The translations under genes were made by a program, and so were the position numbers. The notes under the pieces were generated by a model, which worked only from the letters and a program-made list of their open reading frames with translations, was not told where the DNA came from and did not search any database. From Opitutia bacterium (GTDB lineage: Bacteria > Verrucomicrobiota > Verrucomicrobiia > Opitutales > Opitutaceae), in the NCBI GenBank assembly GCA_947478395.1, contig CANJVR010000004.1:128001-192000 (forward strand): a DNA stretch of 64,000 bases, read 5' to 3'. The number at the start of each line of letters is the position of its first letter. Position 1 is the first letter of the stretch. Below are positions 50,601 to 59,762 of this stretch, piece by piece.

Positions 50601-51353
50601 CCGAATTTGCGTTTCGCCCAGGCGATTCCCGGCGTGTCGACGGGTCGCGGTATCGGCATTATCGACACCCTGCATTTGGCGGAAGTCGCGTTGGCCGTCG
50701 ATGCCATCGCCTCGGCCCCGGGTGTCGACGTCGATACGCTCGAGGGCGTCAGGCATTGGTTTGCCGACTATCTCCATTGGATGTTGACCGATCCCAATGG
50801 AAAGGAAGAGGGCGCGACCAAGAACAACCATAGCGTGGCGTACACGCTGCAGGTGGCGGTGTTCGCGCGGTTCACGCGGGACGAGACGGCCCTGAGCCAG
50901 GCCCGGCGGACATTTTTGGAAGTTCTACTGCCGGGGCAGCTCGCGCCGGATGGAAGTTTCCCGCGCGAACTGTCTCGCACGAAGCCTTACGGTTACTCGA
51001 TCTTCCAATTGGATAATGTCGCTCTGCTCGCCGAGATCCTGTCCACGCCGGAAAAAAATCTCTGGGTCGTAAACTTGTCCGACGGACGGAGTGTGGCCCA
51101 AGCCGTCGCTTATCTTTTCCCGTACCTCAAGAATCGCGCCGACTGGCCCTTCGCCCCGGACGTCGCGCATTTCGAGGCGTGGCCGGCGCGTCAACCCGCG
51201 TTGCTGCTGGCAGGATATCGTCTCGGTCATCCTGATTATCTCGAGCTGTGGAAACAGCTGCCCTCCGATCCCGCCGACATCGAGGTGCGGCGAAATATGG
51301 CGGTTACCCAACCCTTGCTCTGGATTCAGCCGGTCACGGCCCGCGCGCCCTGA
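47625..51353 (+). CDS. glycoside hydrolase family 2 fused to C-terminal alginate-lyase-family domain
   Basis: GH2: HVGGY, YGGLYR, GTHRHED, IRLGHY, WGLGNE. Lyase: GDYWWPNP, PYVRRDGETNP, GRGIGIIDT, NNHS. Confidence 0.88.
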   Translation: MRLLPGYPIFQRLRLVLAGLFVATTIRAAEAEVSVMRPADWQDRTTLTSGWQFVRKDLGGVWETLRSKDRALDLPAWSTVELPHCYNATDAVDPDGAYYQGPAWYRTELKIENPHVNGRTLLHFEGAGQKAQIWIGDEKVSEHVGGYDEFTVDITDAIARYRSSALAKLPATESRIAPGSVPLAVRCDNSRDLEAIPSNLSDFNLYGGLYRPVHLVYLPAGGITRIHAKPERQSDGSWQVSVSGRFESSVVQDGLRLVKMHLVGPDGKILAEAEARINSADGEQALATFRIPRPELWSPEAPSLYGIEVTAVTSGGRSRAWERFGLRWFEFVDQGPFKLNGTRLLLRGTHRHEDHVGVGAAMSETQMEAEMRLMKSMGVNFIRLGHYQQSRRILELCDELGIIVWEEIPWCRGGLGGDRYREQALAMLRAMIGQHFNHPAVVLWGLGNENDWPGDFEVFEQEKIRAFMSELNALAHRLDPSRVTAIRRCDFCRDIPDVYSPSIWAGWYRGQFTEYRDVSLKESKTVKHFLHVEWGGDSHAGRFAEDPYSLLREVKKTGAADERGLEFMDIGGNARVSRDGDWSETYICDLIDWHLKEQEKMDWLTGSAMWPFKDFSTPLRPDNPVPFMNQKGAVERDLTPKESFYVYQSYWTREPMVRIHGHAWAVRWGKAGEKRMMRIYSNCDEVELWLNGISQGVHRRDSQDFPAAGLRWQLAFEEGMNTVRTVGRIKEKTVSDEVTFRYETRAPGKPHHLRLQAFALPNQAWRIQAELLDAAGVVCVEARDFVRFGQTGDGKLLDNLGTARGSRYVQFANGRAQIDIVLAASMHAVVSAQVTGMPTAFMGVDQPDESKIKAAARLQASPSAQLFADVVKIERDRALRLGAVAMKAEPVSIRSVPLPEFARKSGAVPGDFLSMGDYWWPNPASKDGLPYVRRDGETNPENFETHRLQLREMRDTVAALAAAYLVSNDASYANRASAWLKMFFVDPATRMNPNLRFAQAIPGVSTGRGIGIIDTLHLAEVALAVDAIASAPGVDVDTLEGVRHWFADYLHWMLTDPNGKEEGATKNNHSVAYTLQVAVFARFTRDETALSQARRTFLEVLLPGQLAPDGSFPRELSRTKPYGYSIFQLDNVALLAEILSTPEKNLWVVNLSDGRSVAQAVAYLFPYLKNRADWPFAPDVAHFEAWPARQPALLLAGYRLGHPDYLELWKQLPSDPADIEVRRNMAVTQPLLWIQPVTARAP

Positions 51354-51422
51354 CGATTTCGCAAAGAAAGTTTGGAATATGGGGACGGCGCAATTTCCCT
51401 CGCTCCGCCCCCTTCCTGCACC

Positions 51423-51735
51423 ATGCGCCAATCGACCACCTCTCGTTTGGCCACGATCACCGTCGCGTGGTTCGTCACGATCTTTACTGCTTTCCCCTCA
51501 ACTCAGGCAGCCGAGACTGAAACGCTCACGTCGGCGGCCCAGGTCAGGGCGCTTCCCGCGGCTGTCGCCGAGTCCAAAATCCCCGCTAAAATCCGCGGCG
51601 TTGTCACGGCGGCCGAACCCGATTGGCAGGGCAAGTTTGTCATCCAGGACGACAGCGCCGGCATCTTCGTTCAAAACGTCGGTGAGCAACCCAGGATCGG
51701 CGACTACATCGAAGTCTCGGGCTGGACCGGGAAAA
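51423..51735 (+). pseudogene. truncated N-terminal fragment of a secreted OB-fold-repeat protein (sensor-kinase type)
   Basis: Signal peptide then TSAAQVRAL...IRGVVT...FVIQDDSAGIFV...GDYIEVSG; the frame then runs antisense into the MFS gene. Confidence 0.55.
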
Positions 51736-51763
51736 CCTCAACCGTGCTCGTGCCGCGGGGCCA

Positions 51764-52984
51764 TCAGCTGGCGTGCGGCACGTCGCGCGCGAAGCGCCAG
51801 TACACGGCCACGAACACCAGGGCGATCGCGACCGCGGCCAATTGGCTCGTGGCCAGCGAAAGACTGGTCGCCCACACCAGCGGCGCGAACACGGCGACGA
51901 GGGCTGCTCCGCCGGTTGAAATAAAACTCTGGCACGACGCCGCGAGCCCGCGCTGTTCGGGGAAAAGATCCAGTGCCAGCAGCGTCAACGTCGGGAACGC
52001 CAGCGCCATGCCGAACGAATAAAGCATAATCGGGGTTAGGCTCCACGGCAGTACCGGCGGGTGCACCCGATGAAACCAGAGATTTCCCGCGGCAGCGGCC
52101 CCCATGCACCCCACGCCCCAGCTCAAGGTTCGAGTCGGCGAGATCCGGCCGGCGAAACGCCCCGACAGCCACGCGCCCAGCGCCATGCCCACGGTCAGGG
52201 GGCCGAACAGCCAGAAGAAACCCGTGGACGCGATGCCCAGCTGATGCATGAGAAATTCCGGGGCCGCGGCCACGTACAAAAACAAACCGGCGAAACAAAA
52301 CGTTGAGCCGAGGCACACCGCTAAAAACCGCGGGGAGGAGAGCACGGTCCAGTAGGCCTTCAGAAGGTAAATTGGGTGCAGCGTCTGGCGCTTTTCCCGC
52401 GGCAAGGTCTCGGGCAGGATGCGCCGGCAGATCAGCCAGATCACGCCCGAATACAGCACGAGGAAGAAGAAAACCGACCGCCAGCCGAAGGCCGATTGCA
52501 GCCAGCCGCCGATCACCGGTGCGATCGCGGGCGCGAGGGCGAAGGTCATCGACACCTGCGACATGACCCGCTGCGCATCCGGACCGTGAAAGCGATCACG
52601 CACGATGGCGCGGCCCACGACCATGCCCGCGCCCGCGGTGGCGCCTTGCAGGGCGCGAAACACGAGCAGCATCGCGATGTTCTGCGCGCACGCGCACGCG
52701 ATCGACGCGAGGGCAAACAACGCCATGCCCCAGAGCACGACGCGACGGCGTCCGACGGCATCCGAGATCGCTCCGTGCCACAGCGTCATGAGCGCGAACG
52801 GTCCCATGTAGGCGGTGAGTGTCATCTGCAACGCGTACGGCGAGGTGTGCATCACCGTTTGAATTTCCCCCATCGACGGCAGGTACGCGTCGATCGAAAA
52901 CGGCCCGATCGCCGACAACGAAGCCAGCAACAGCGGCAGTCCGCCGCTGGTGGTGCTGGATTGAGTCGGATGCGATGATGGCAT
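51764..52984 (-). CDS. Bcr/CflA-family multidrug efflux MFS transporter
   Basis: PFSIDAYLP, GAISDAVGRRRV, RALQG, RAIVRD, LAPAIAPVIGG, LPETL. Confidence 0.93.
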   Translation of the reverse strand: MPSSHPTQSSTTSGGLPLLLASLSAIGPFSIDAYLPSMGEIQTVMHTSPYALQMTLTAYMGPFALMTLWHGAISDAVGRRRVVLWGMALFALASIACACAQNIAMLLVFRALQGATAGAGMVVGRAIVRDRFHGPDAQRVMSQVSMTFALAPAIAPVIGGWLQSAFGWRSVFFFLVLYSGVIWLICRRILPETLPREKRQTLHPIYLLKAYWTVLSSPRFLAVCLGSTFCFAGLFLYVAAAPEFLMHQLGIASTGFFWLFGPLTVGMALGAWLSGRFAGRISPTRTLSWGVGCMGAAAAGNLWFHRVHPPVLPWSLTPIMLYSFGMALAFPTLTLLALDLFPEQRGLAASCQSFISTGGAALVAVFAPLVWATSLSLATSQLAAVAIALVFVAVYWRFARDVPHAS

Positions 52985-53123
52985 GACGAAAAACCGTGAG
53001 CGTGGAGCGCCCGCCCCGCCGAGCGCAACTGCGGAGGCAGGCGCAACGCGCCCAGGCCGCCCTCGATTTTCCGTGAAATCGAAACCACCTGAAGCGATTC
53101 GATTTTTCCCGCGGCCGTTTTGG

Positions 53124-53193
53124 GTAGCGGCAGGCGTCCCTGCCTGTCGCGGTCGGCGTCCTTGTTTCGGCAGGCAGGGACGCCTGCCGCTAC
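53124..53193. repeat. REP-like inverted pair (family A)
   Basis: GTAGCGGCAGGCGTCCCTGCCTG...CAGGCAGGGACGCCTGCCGCTAC; near-identical copy at 62993. Confidence 0.85.
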
Positions 53194-53323
53194 GCTTTCA
53201 TTTAAACCGCTCGAGCGCCCAAACTCCGCTGCTCGCTCAACGGTAATCTCGCAATGACAAGCGCGCGAAAACGCGATTTAAGAAACAGCTTAGAATAATT
53301 TAAACCGTCGTTCGCCCCGTATT

Positions 53324-53845
53324 ATGCGCCTCCGAATTCTTTTCCTCAGTCTCATGCTTGCGAGCGGACTGCTCCGCGCGGCCACCAACCCTCCCGTCGT
53401 GCAGGAGGGGAAATCGGCCACAGTGCTGGTGCTTGGCATCAGCCGGCTCGAGCCGGCTAGCGCCGACGATGCGCCCGATGGCGTGGTTATGATGTTTCTG
53501 GTTCGGCGGCGCGACGGAGTCAGCGGACAGATAGCGCTCCCCCATGAAACCCGCGATGCAACGGTCGACGCGAAGAGTTACGTGGAACTCACGCGCGAGG
53601 CTCTCGGTAAGACGTTCGAACCCTCGACGGTCGTGGATGCGCCCGCGAATTTTTTCGCGCGTCACACGGAACTGGCTCCGCCCGCCAACGCGAAATTGAA
53701 CAATGCCCTCGTGGTGTCGGTTGCGCTGCGCGGGGCGGCGCTCAAGCCCGGTCAGACGGTGCAGGCCGTGTTGCACGTCGGCTTCGGCGACGACGCCGGA
53801 GATTTCGCGTTTACGTTTGCGGTGCCGGCGGCGGCGCGGAGGTAG
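53324..53845 (+). CDS. hypothetical secreted protein
   Basis: Signal peptide MRLRILFLSLMLASGLLRA; 173 aa. Confidence 0.7.
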   Translation: MRLRILFLSLMLASGLLRAATNPPVVQEGKSATVLVLGISRLEPASADDAPDGVVMMFLVRRRDGVSGQIALPHETRDATVDAKSYVELTREALGKTFEPSTVVDAPANFFARHTELAPPANAKLNNALVVSVALRGAALKPGQTVQAVLHVGFGDDAGDFAFTFAVPAAARR

Positions 53846-53931
53846 GGCGGGTTATCCCTAACCCGCCGTTACGGCTCAGCGTCCAAGTAAGTCCCGCGCC
53901 CAATCGGCGCGTTAAGGATAACGCGCCCTAC
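53842..53931. repeat. REP-like inverted pair (family B) between convergent genes
   Basis: GTAGGGCGGGTTATCCCTAACCCGCC...GGCGCGTTAAGGATAACGCGCCCTAC. Confidence 0.75.
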
Positions 53932-53933
53932 CT

Positions 53934-55415
53934 TCACTTCGCCAGCGCCGCCTCGATCTGTTTGTACGAGCTCTTGATGATCTCGAGCCGCGCGAAGCGT
54001 TTGTTGTTCGCCGGAATCAGGTGCCACGGCGCGAACCGCGTCTGCGTGAGCGCGAGCATGTCGCCGACCGCGGTTTCGTAGGCCGACCACTTGCGCCGGT
54101 TGCGCCAGTCCTCGGCATTGATCTTGTGCTGCTTGTACTCTGTTTCTTCACGATTTCTGAACCGGCGGAGCTGCTCCTCCTTGCTGATGTGGAGCCAATA
54201 CTTGATCACGATCACGCCGTGTTCGACGAGTTCGCGCTCGAATTCGTTGATCTCGGAAAACGCGCGGCGCCATTCCTGGTCGCGGGCAAAACCTTCGAGA
54301 CGTTCCACGAGCACGCGGCCATACCACGAACGGTCGTAAATCGTCGTCATGCCGGCGCGCGGCACGTGACGCCAGAAACGCCAGAGATAATGATGCGCTT
54401 TTTCCTCGTCGGTGGGCTTCGCCACCGGAATCACGCGTGAATCGCGCGCGTCGATCGCATCGGTCAGACGCCGGATGGCCCCGCCCTTGCCGGCGGCGTC
54501 CCAGCCTTCGAAGACCCACACGATCGAGCGGCGGGCGACCGCGGCGGCGCGAACGATGCGGTTGAGTTTGCCGAGCCATTTGTCGCGTTTCTCCTCGTAA
54601 TCGCCTTGCGCGAGCGACTGGTCGAGCGGCAGCGCGAGCAGTCGGCGCAAGCCGGCGGCGCGAAGCGGCGCGGTGCGTCGGGGTTTCGCGCGCGCCGCCA
54701 GGGTCTGGTGGGTGCGATAGTGGGCGTTAAAACGGGCGAGCAGGCGCTCGGCGACCGCGAGATTGCGCGCGCGCGGATCGCTGGCGTCGATCACGAGCCA
54801 CGGCGCTCCGGGGCGCTGCGTCGCGCGGCGCATGGTGTCGGCCAGTTTGGCGAGGCGATCGTAGTCGCGGTGGCTTTTCCAGTCATCGGCCGTCACGCGC
54901 CACGCCGTGCGTTCATCGTCCTCGAGCTCATGCAGACGCGCGCGTTGGCCGTCTTTCGAAAGGTGCAGCCAGACTTTCACGATGAGCACGCCGTCGGCGG
55001 TGAGTTGGTCCTCGAAGCGCGCGATCCGGCGGAGCGCGGTGTCGAATTCGGCGAAATCGCGCGGACTGCGCGGATCTTCGCGCAATGCCTCGGTGTGCCA
55101 GCCGCCCGCGTAAATGCCGAGGCGGCCGTGAGGCGGAAGACAGCGCCAGAAGCGCCACATCGGAGGACGCTCGCGCTCCTCGTCGGTGGGTTCGTGAAAC
55201 GCGAACGTCTCGACGCCGCGCGGATCGAGCCAGGCGTTGAGGACGTTGACGACGTCGCCTTTGCCGGAGGCATCGACGCCCGCCACGACCATCAGCACGG
55301 GGAACGGGGCATTCTTTAGCTGCACCTGCATGTGGACGAGGGCGGCGCGCACGTCGGCGACGCGGGCCTCGTAGGCTTTCTTCGACATGCGCTGTTCGGA
55401 GTCTGCTTTCGCCAT
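53934..55415 (-). CDS. pap: polyphosphate:AMP phosphotransferase (two-domain PPK2 family)
   Basis: Tandem PPK2 domains with AGVDASGKG and FEGWDAAGKGG; YDRSWYGRVLVER. Confidence 0.9.
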   Translation of the reverse strand: MAKADSEQRMSKKAYEARVADVRAALVHMQVQLKNAPFPVLMVVAGVDASGKGDVVNVLNAWLDPRGVETFAFHEPTDEERERPPMWRFWRCLPPHGRLGIYAGGWHTEALREDPRSPRDFAEFDTALRRIARFEDQLTADGVLIVKVWLHLSKDGQRARLHELEDDERTAWRVTADDWKSHRDYDRLAKLADTMRRATQRPGAPWLVIDASDPRARNLAVAERLLARFNAHYRTHQTLAARAKPRRTAPLRAAGLRRLLALPLDQSLAQGDYEEKRDKWLGKLNRIVRAAAVARRSIVWVFEGWDAAGKGGAIRRLTDAIDARDSRVIPVAKPTDEEKAHHYLWRFWRHVPRAGMTTIYDRSWYGRVLVERLEGFARDQEWRRAFSEINEFERELVEHGVIVIKYWLHISKEEQLRRFRNREETEYKQHKINAEDWRNRRKWSAYETAVGDMLALTQTRFAPWHLIPANNKRFARLEIIKSSYKQIEAALAK

Positions 55416-55593
55416 GCAGAGGAATCAGTGGGGGCGGCACTGGCGGTTGTCCAGCCGGGGCCGCGCGGCGGTTACCGCTGCGCGGAAATTGTAACATTCA
55501 GGCGAGATCCGCGGTCGCGCGCGGGCGTAAGTCGGGCGCGATCCGGACCATTGATTCGAGGCTGTTTGGCTCGCGAATCTTCTCCCGCATGGG

Positions 55594-56880
55594 TCACGGT
55601 CCAACCCGAGACCCGGTGATGGTGGTGGTGCCTCCACCCCTTGCGCCAGCGGGCCCGGTCGCCGGTCTCGGTTGAAGATTTTGCACCCACTGGCCGCCGT
55701 AGTTCTTGTACACATCGAAGCCGCGCGGGCCGAGTGTGGCAGTCAGTTTGGCCGCAGCCTCAGCGCTCAGGGCGGTGAGCTGGGCGTTGCGATCTTCCGG
55801 TGCGAGCTGGCGGTTTGTTTGGACGGCTTGAGCCCGTTGCTGAATATCTTTTTGCAGGGTCCACGCGTCCATGGCGGTAGTGGTCGGCAGACCGAGACGA
55901 TCCACGACTCGACTGATCATTTGATAGCTTCCATCGAGGGATCGCTGATATTCCGCGCCGCGTTCCGGCCCGAGCATCGCGGTGATATCGGACGTCAGTT
56001 GTTTCTGAGCGTCGGCCCGTTGGCGGAGTTCGTCCTGTGTTGGTGGCGCAGTTGGTCCCGCAGTAAACTGACCCACCAAGCTGCTCCCGTCGTAGCGTTC
56101 ATCGAAGGCGTGGCGCTTTTCGAAGATCGCGCGGAATTCGGCTTCGGTCGGATTGAACCCGATCAGCTGCGCGCGCATGGTCGAGGCCGTGTTACTGGTC
56201 TGCAGATCGTAGGTCAGCAATTCGTCTGGCGTCAGGGCGCGGACGATGTCGGCGCGCTGTTCCTTTTCGAGCAACGCGAGCTGCGTGCGGTCATCGGGCA
56301 ATGGAACGCCGCCAATAGCGTCCGCAAAGATGCCGTCACGCATTTCGCTGTAATCACGTTTGATGCTGGCGACGAGATTCGCCTTGCCGGGCGGGAGTCC
56401 GGTTCGGCCGTCATCGAGGGCACCTTGGAGCGGAATCGCCTGTGGGTCCGGTCCGAGCAGGTCGTTGATTGCCTTCCGCTGCTCGCGATTGAGCGCGCGG
56501 AGTTCGTTGACGATTTTCGGGTCGGTCGTTTGCGAATTTTTCCAGAACTCCTTCGTGGGATTGGTGACGGGATTGAGCCCTTTGCGCCGCGCGGCGAAGT
56601 TATCCTGAATTTGCGCCAGCAGGATCGCGCGCACGATGTCGGGGGGGAAATTCGCCGCGATTAGCCGGGCCTTTTGGGCGGTCAGATCAGAAGCTGAGAT
56701 GTTTTTCCAGAGGGTCGGACTGGCGGCGGTGGAAACGGAGTCCGCGGGCCGGCGAGCGTCGGTGGCGTTCTTCGCGGTTGACGATCCGGTTGCGGCCGAG
56801 GGCGAAAAAGCGAACAGAGCGGCGAGCAGCACGGCGTTTCCAACGAGCGACGCGGCGAGGAGAAGTGGGAGGGGTATCAT
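55594..56880 (-). CDS. hypothetical secreted helical protein (paralog 1)
   Basis: Signal anchor LAASLVGNAVL; shares blocks with the 56918 ORF. Confidence 0.8.
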   Translation of the reverse strand: MIPLPLLLAASLVGNAVLLAALFAFSPSAATGSSTAKNATDARRPADSVSTAASPTLWKNISASDLTAQKARLIAANFPPDIVRAILLAQIQDNFAARRKGLNPVTNPTKEFWKNSQTTDPKIVNELRALNREQRKAINDLLGPDPQAIPLQGALDDGRTGLPPGKANLVASIKRDYSEMRDGIFADAIGGVPLPDDRTQLALLEKEQRADIVRALTPDELLTYDLQTSNTASTMRAQLIGFNPTEAEFRAIFEKRHAFDERYDGSSLVGQFTAGPTAPPTQDELRQRADAQKQLTSDITAMLGPERGAEYQRSLDGSYQMISRVVDRLGLPTTTAMDAWTLQKDIQQRAQAVQTNRQLAPEDRNAQLTALSAEAAAKLTATLGPRGFDVYKNYGGQWVQNLQPRPATGPAGARGGGTTTITGSRVGP

Positions 56881-56917
56881 AGTGGGCGTGAGGCCAAAGT
56901 CAGAGAGCTAAATGGGG

Positions 56918-58222
56918 TCAAGGGATTGGTCGGCCCGCGACGGCGGGTCGAGGTACGGGTAGTCCGCGGGTGATGACGCCACCGAGAGTGAATGTGACGG
57001 CGGATCCTTGTTCAACCCGGTTGAGCCAGGTGGCCGACTGCAGGTAAGTGCGCGCCGCAGATTCGCCCAGCGTCGCCGTGACCTGACTGCGCATGGCTTG
57101 AGCGAGAGTTTGGAGCGCGGCGCGCTTTTGATCCGTGCTCAGGTTCGCGTCGGAAAAAATCCGATTGGATTCATTCGCGACGTTGGTGCGCAGGTCGTAG
57201 ACCTGAATGGCGGCGGACGTCGGCAGCTGGGCCTGTTGGGCGACTTGGCTGAGGATTTGAAATTCGCTATCGCTGGCGCGCGTGTAGTCGGCCAATCGGG
57301 CGTCGCCGAGCGCGTTCTTGATCTCTTCGGCGACTCGGGCCTGATCGGCCTGTCGGTCGTTCACCCGGGTGAGGCCGGCGTTGTAGTATTTTTCGTCGAA
57401 GGTGAGCTGGGCCCGGTAAATGACGCGAAATTCCTCCTCGGTCGCATTCATGGCGGTGAGCGCCGTGCGCAGTCGGGCGGTGGTAGGAGAGGATCGCACA
57501 AGGAATTCTTCCAGTTCCTGTGGGCTTAAAATCTTGGCCAGATCGGCGCGACGCTCTCTTTCCAAGAGATCGAGTTTCTCCTGGTCCTCGGGCAGGGTGA
57601 TGCCGTTGGCGCTGATTTTCACCTGGTTGGTGAGATCGCTGTAATCGCTGACAATTTTTTGCAGCTGTTCGATTTTTTCCCGAGGAAGGTCGCCATACTG
57701 TCGCCGGTTGGAGTCGTTGGTCTCTTCCGCTTGATCGCCTTCCGGTCCGAGCGCGTCTTTGAGGATCGCCGTGTACTCGCGGCCGATGTCGTTCAGGGCC
57801 GCGCGAAATTTCGGATCGGACGAAGTGCTTTGGTTTCGACCGGTGGCCCAGAACGGCTTTGGACCGACGGCCGCGGCCATTTCTTGGTAACGCGGCAGAA
57901 CGGATTGGATGAGACGCGACTGAATAACCGAGCGAATGACCGACGGTGGAAATCCGGCAGCCCTAAGTTTGGCGGCGAGCGTTTTGAGATCGGAGGCCTC
58001 GAGAGTGGACCAGACGGCCGGCGGTAGTTCGCCGTTGCCGGGCGATTTTGAGTTCGAGGTTCCGGGTTTAGAGCGGTCGGAACCGACGGAGTTGGACAAG
58101 GCAGGTCCGGTGTCTGTTACGGACTTTGGCGCGGTCGCGGAAGTGGAGCGGTTGAAGCAGACGAAGCCGAGAGCGGCGTTGGCAGCGAGAGAGCCGGCGA
58201 GGACGAGGGGGGGAATTTTCAT
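56918..58222 (-). CDS. hypothetical secreted helical protein (paralog 2)
   Basis: LAGSLAANAAL, LRAAGFPPSVIR, LPEDQEKLDLLERERRADL, TEEEFRVIY. Confidence 0.8.
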   Translation of the reverse strand: MKIPPLVLAGSLAANAALGFVCFNRSTSATAPKSVTDTGPALSNSVGSDRSKPGTSNSKSPGNGELPPAVWSTLEASDLKTLAAKLRAAGFPPSVIRSVIQSRLIQSVLPRYQEMAAAVGPKPFWATGRNQSTSSDPKFRAALNDIGREYTAILKDALGPEGDQAEETNDSNRRQYGDLPREKIEQLQKIVSDYSDLTNQVKISANGITLPEDQEKLDLLERERRADLAKILSPQELEEFLVRSSPTTARLRTALTAMNATEEEFRVIYRAQLTFDEKYYNAGLTRVNDRQADQARVAEEIKNALGDARLADYTRASDSEFQILSQVAQQAQLPTSAAIQVYDLRTNVANESNRIFSDANLSTDQKRAALQTLAQAMRSQVTATLGESAARTYLQSATWLNRVEQGSAVTFTLGGVITRGLPVPRPAVAGRPIP

Positions 58223-58682
58223 GCGGGGCGGGGAAGTGATGAGATGGGGCCTGAAATTTCGCCCTTGTGGCGGCCGTTGGGCGGCGAGGGCGACTTTCCG
58301 TGCGGCGTCTGGCGAGGGCGGCGCCGTATCGCGGGCAAAGGAGTAAACGGCAAACGCGGCGTTAGCCGCCGCAGAACCAAGCAAGCACGAGGGCGGGGAG
58401 TTTCATCGGAACCGGGGAACGAAAAAAAGTGGTCGGGGCGGCGGGATGAGTAAAGCGGCGAAAGTCGGAGCGCCATCACCCATTTGAGATTAAATCCATA
58501 AAGTCCTGAGGAAAACTCATGGCCGTGCCCCGGAGAGCCGATCTGAATCGCCTATGGGCATCCTCTGCGTAGGTCGGTGCGCCGGCGCGCGCGCGTCGAC
58601 GGGCGGAGGGCTATTTGGATTGGATTTTGCCGGACTTGCGGTGGAAGCCACCCACGCCACGCTGCGCGGTTTACATTTTACG

Positions 58683-59657
58683 ATGCCCGTTTCTTCCTCC
58701 GCCCACCCTCAACACGCACGTGCCGTGGGGATGCTGCTCGTGGCGAATTTTTTCTGGGGACTGAGTTTTCCCCTCATCAAGGCGTTGCTCTTGCTCAGCG
58801 CCCGCCTGGTGCCTGAAGCCGGCCCGTGGTTTCTCGCCGTGTACACGGTCGCGCCGCGATTCCTGTTGGCCGCAGCTGTGCTGGTTGCGCTGCGACCCCG
58901 GAGTTTTTGGCGCGTGACCACCGGAGAGCTGAAACAGGGCGGCGTGATCGGATTGTTCGCGGCCGCGGGACTGCTCCTGCAAAACGATGCGCTCCAATTC
59001 ACGTCGGCGAGCACCTCGGCTTTTCTCACCCAACTCTACGCCATCCTCATCCCGGTTTACGTCGCGCTGCGCGCATGGCGGAATCCGGGCTGGGCCGTCT
59101 GGTTCAGCTGTGGCCTCGTGCTTGCGGGCGTGGCGCTGCTGGGAAATTTCAACTGGAAGGAATTCACGCTGGGCCGGGGCGAATGGGAGACGTTGCTCAG
59201 TTCGGTGTTTTTCATGGGGCAGATTCTGTGGCTGGAGAAAAAAGAATTCGCGGCCAATCGCGCCTTCGAGCTGACGCTGGCGATGTTTGTAACCGAGGCC
59301 GTGGTGTTTTGCGCGCTGGCGGGAGCGCTGACGCCGAATGGGCATGCCTTGGTGGTGCCGTGGACATCAGGCCCGTGGCTGGGATTGACGGGAATGCTCG
59401 TGCTACTCTGCACGCTCGGTGCGTATGGGATCATGAACGCGTGGCAGCCGAAAATCTCGGCGACCGAGGCCGGGCTGATTTATTGCGTCGAGCCGTTGTT
59501 TGGTTCGGCGCTCGCGCTGTTTTTGCCGGCGCTGTTTTCGACGTGGGCGGCGATCAACTATCCGAATGAGACCGCGACGTGGACACTGCTCGTCGGTGGA
59601 GGACTGATCACCGCGGCGAATCTTTTGATCCAGATGAAGCCGCCGCAGAAAACCTGA
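58683..59657 (+). CDS. EamA/DMT family transporter
   Basis: FWGLSFP, RFLLAA, SASTSAFLT, AGLIYCVEPLFG; many transmembrane segments. Confidence 0.9.
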   Translation: MPVSSSAHPQHARAVGMLLVANFFWGLSFPLIKALLLLSARLVPEAGPWFLAVYTVAPRFLLAAAVLVALRPRSFWRVTTGELKQGGVIGLFAAAGLLLQNDALQFTSASTSAFLTQLYAILIPVYVALRAWRNPGWAVWFSCGLVLAGVALLGNFNWKEFTLGRGEWETLLSSVFFMGQILWLEKKEFAANRAFELTLAMFVTEAVVFCALAGALTPNGHALVVPWTSGPWLGLTGMLVLLCTLGAYGIMNAWQPKISATEAGLIYCVEPLFGSALALFLPALFSTWAAINYPNETATWTLLVGGGLITAANLLIQMKPPQKT

Positions 59658-59688
59658 GAAGTGCTGGGCGCGTCATCCAGAAATGGAA

Positions 59689-59762
59689 ACGGCGAAGAAC
59701 CAAAGCAACCAACCGGGGCGGTCGTTTTAGGGCGCTGCGGTTTCTTCGCTTCTTTGCCGTTA
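59689..59762. repeat. imperfect intergenic inverted repeat between convergent genes
   Basis: AACGGCGAAGAACCAAAGCAACC...GGTTTCTTCGCTTCTTTGCCGTT. Confidence 0.45.
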
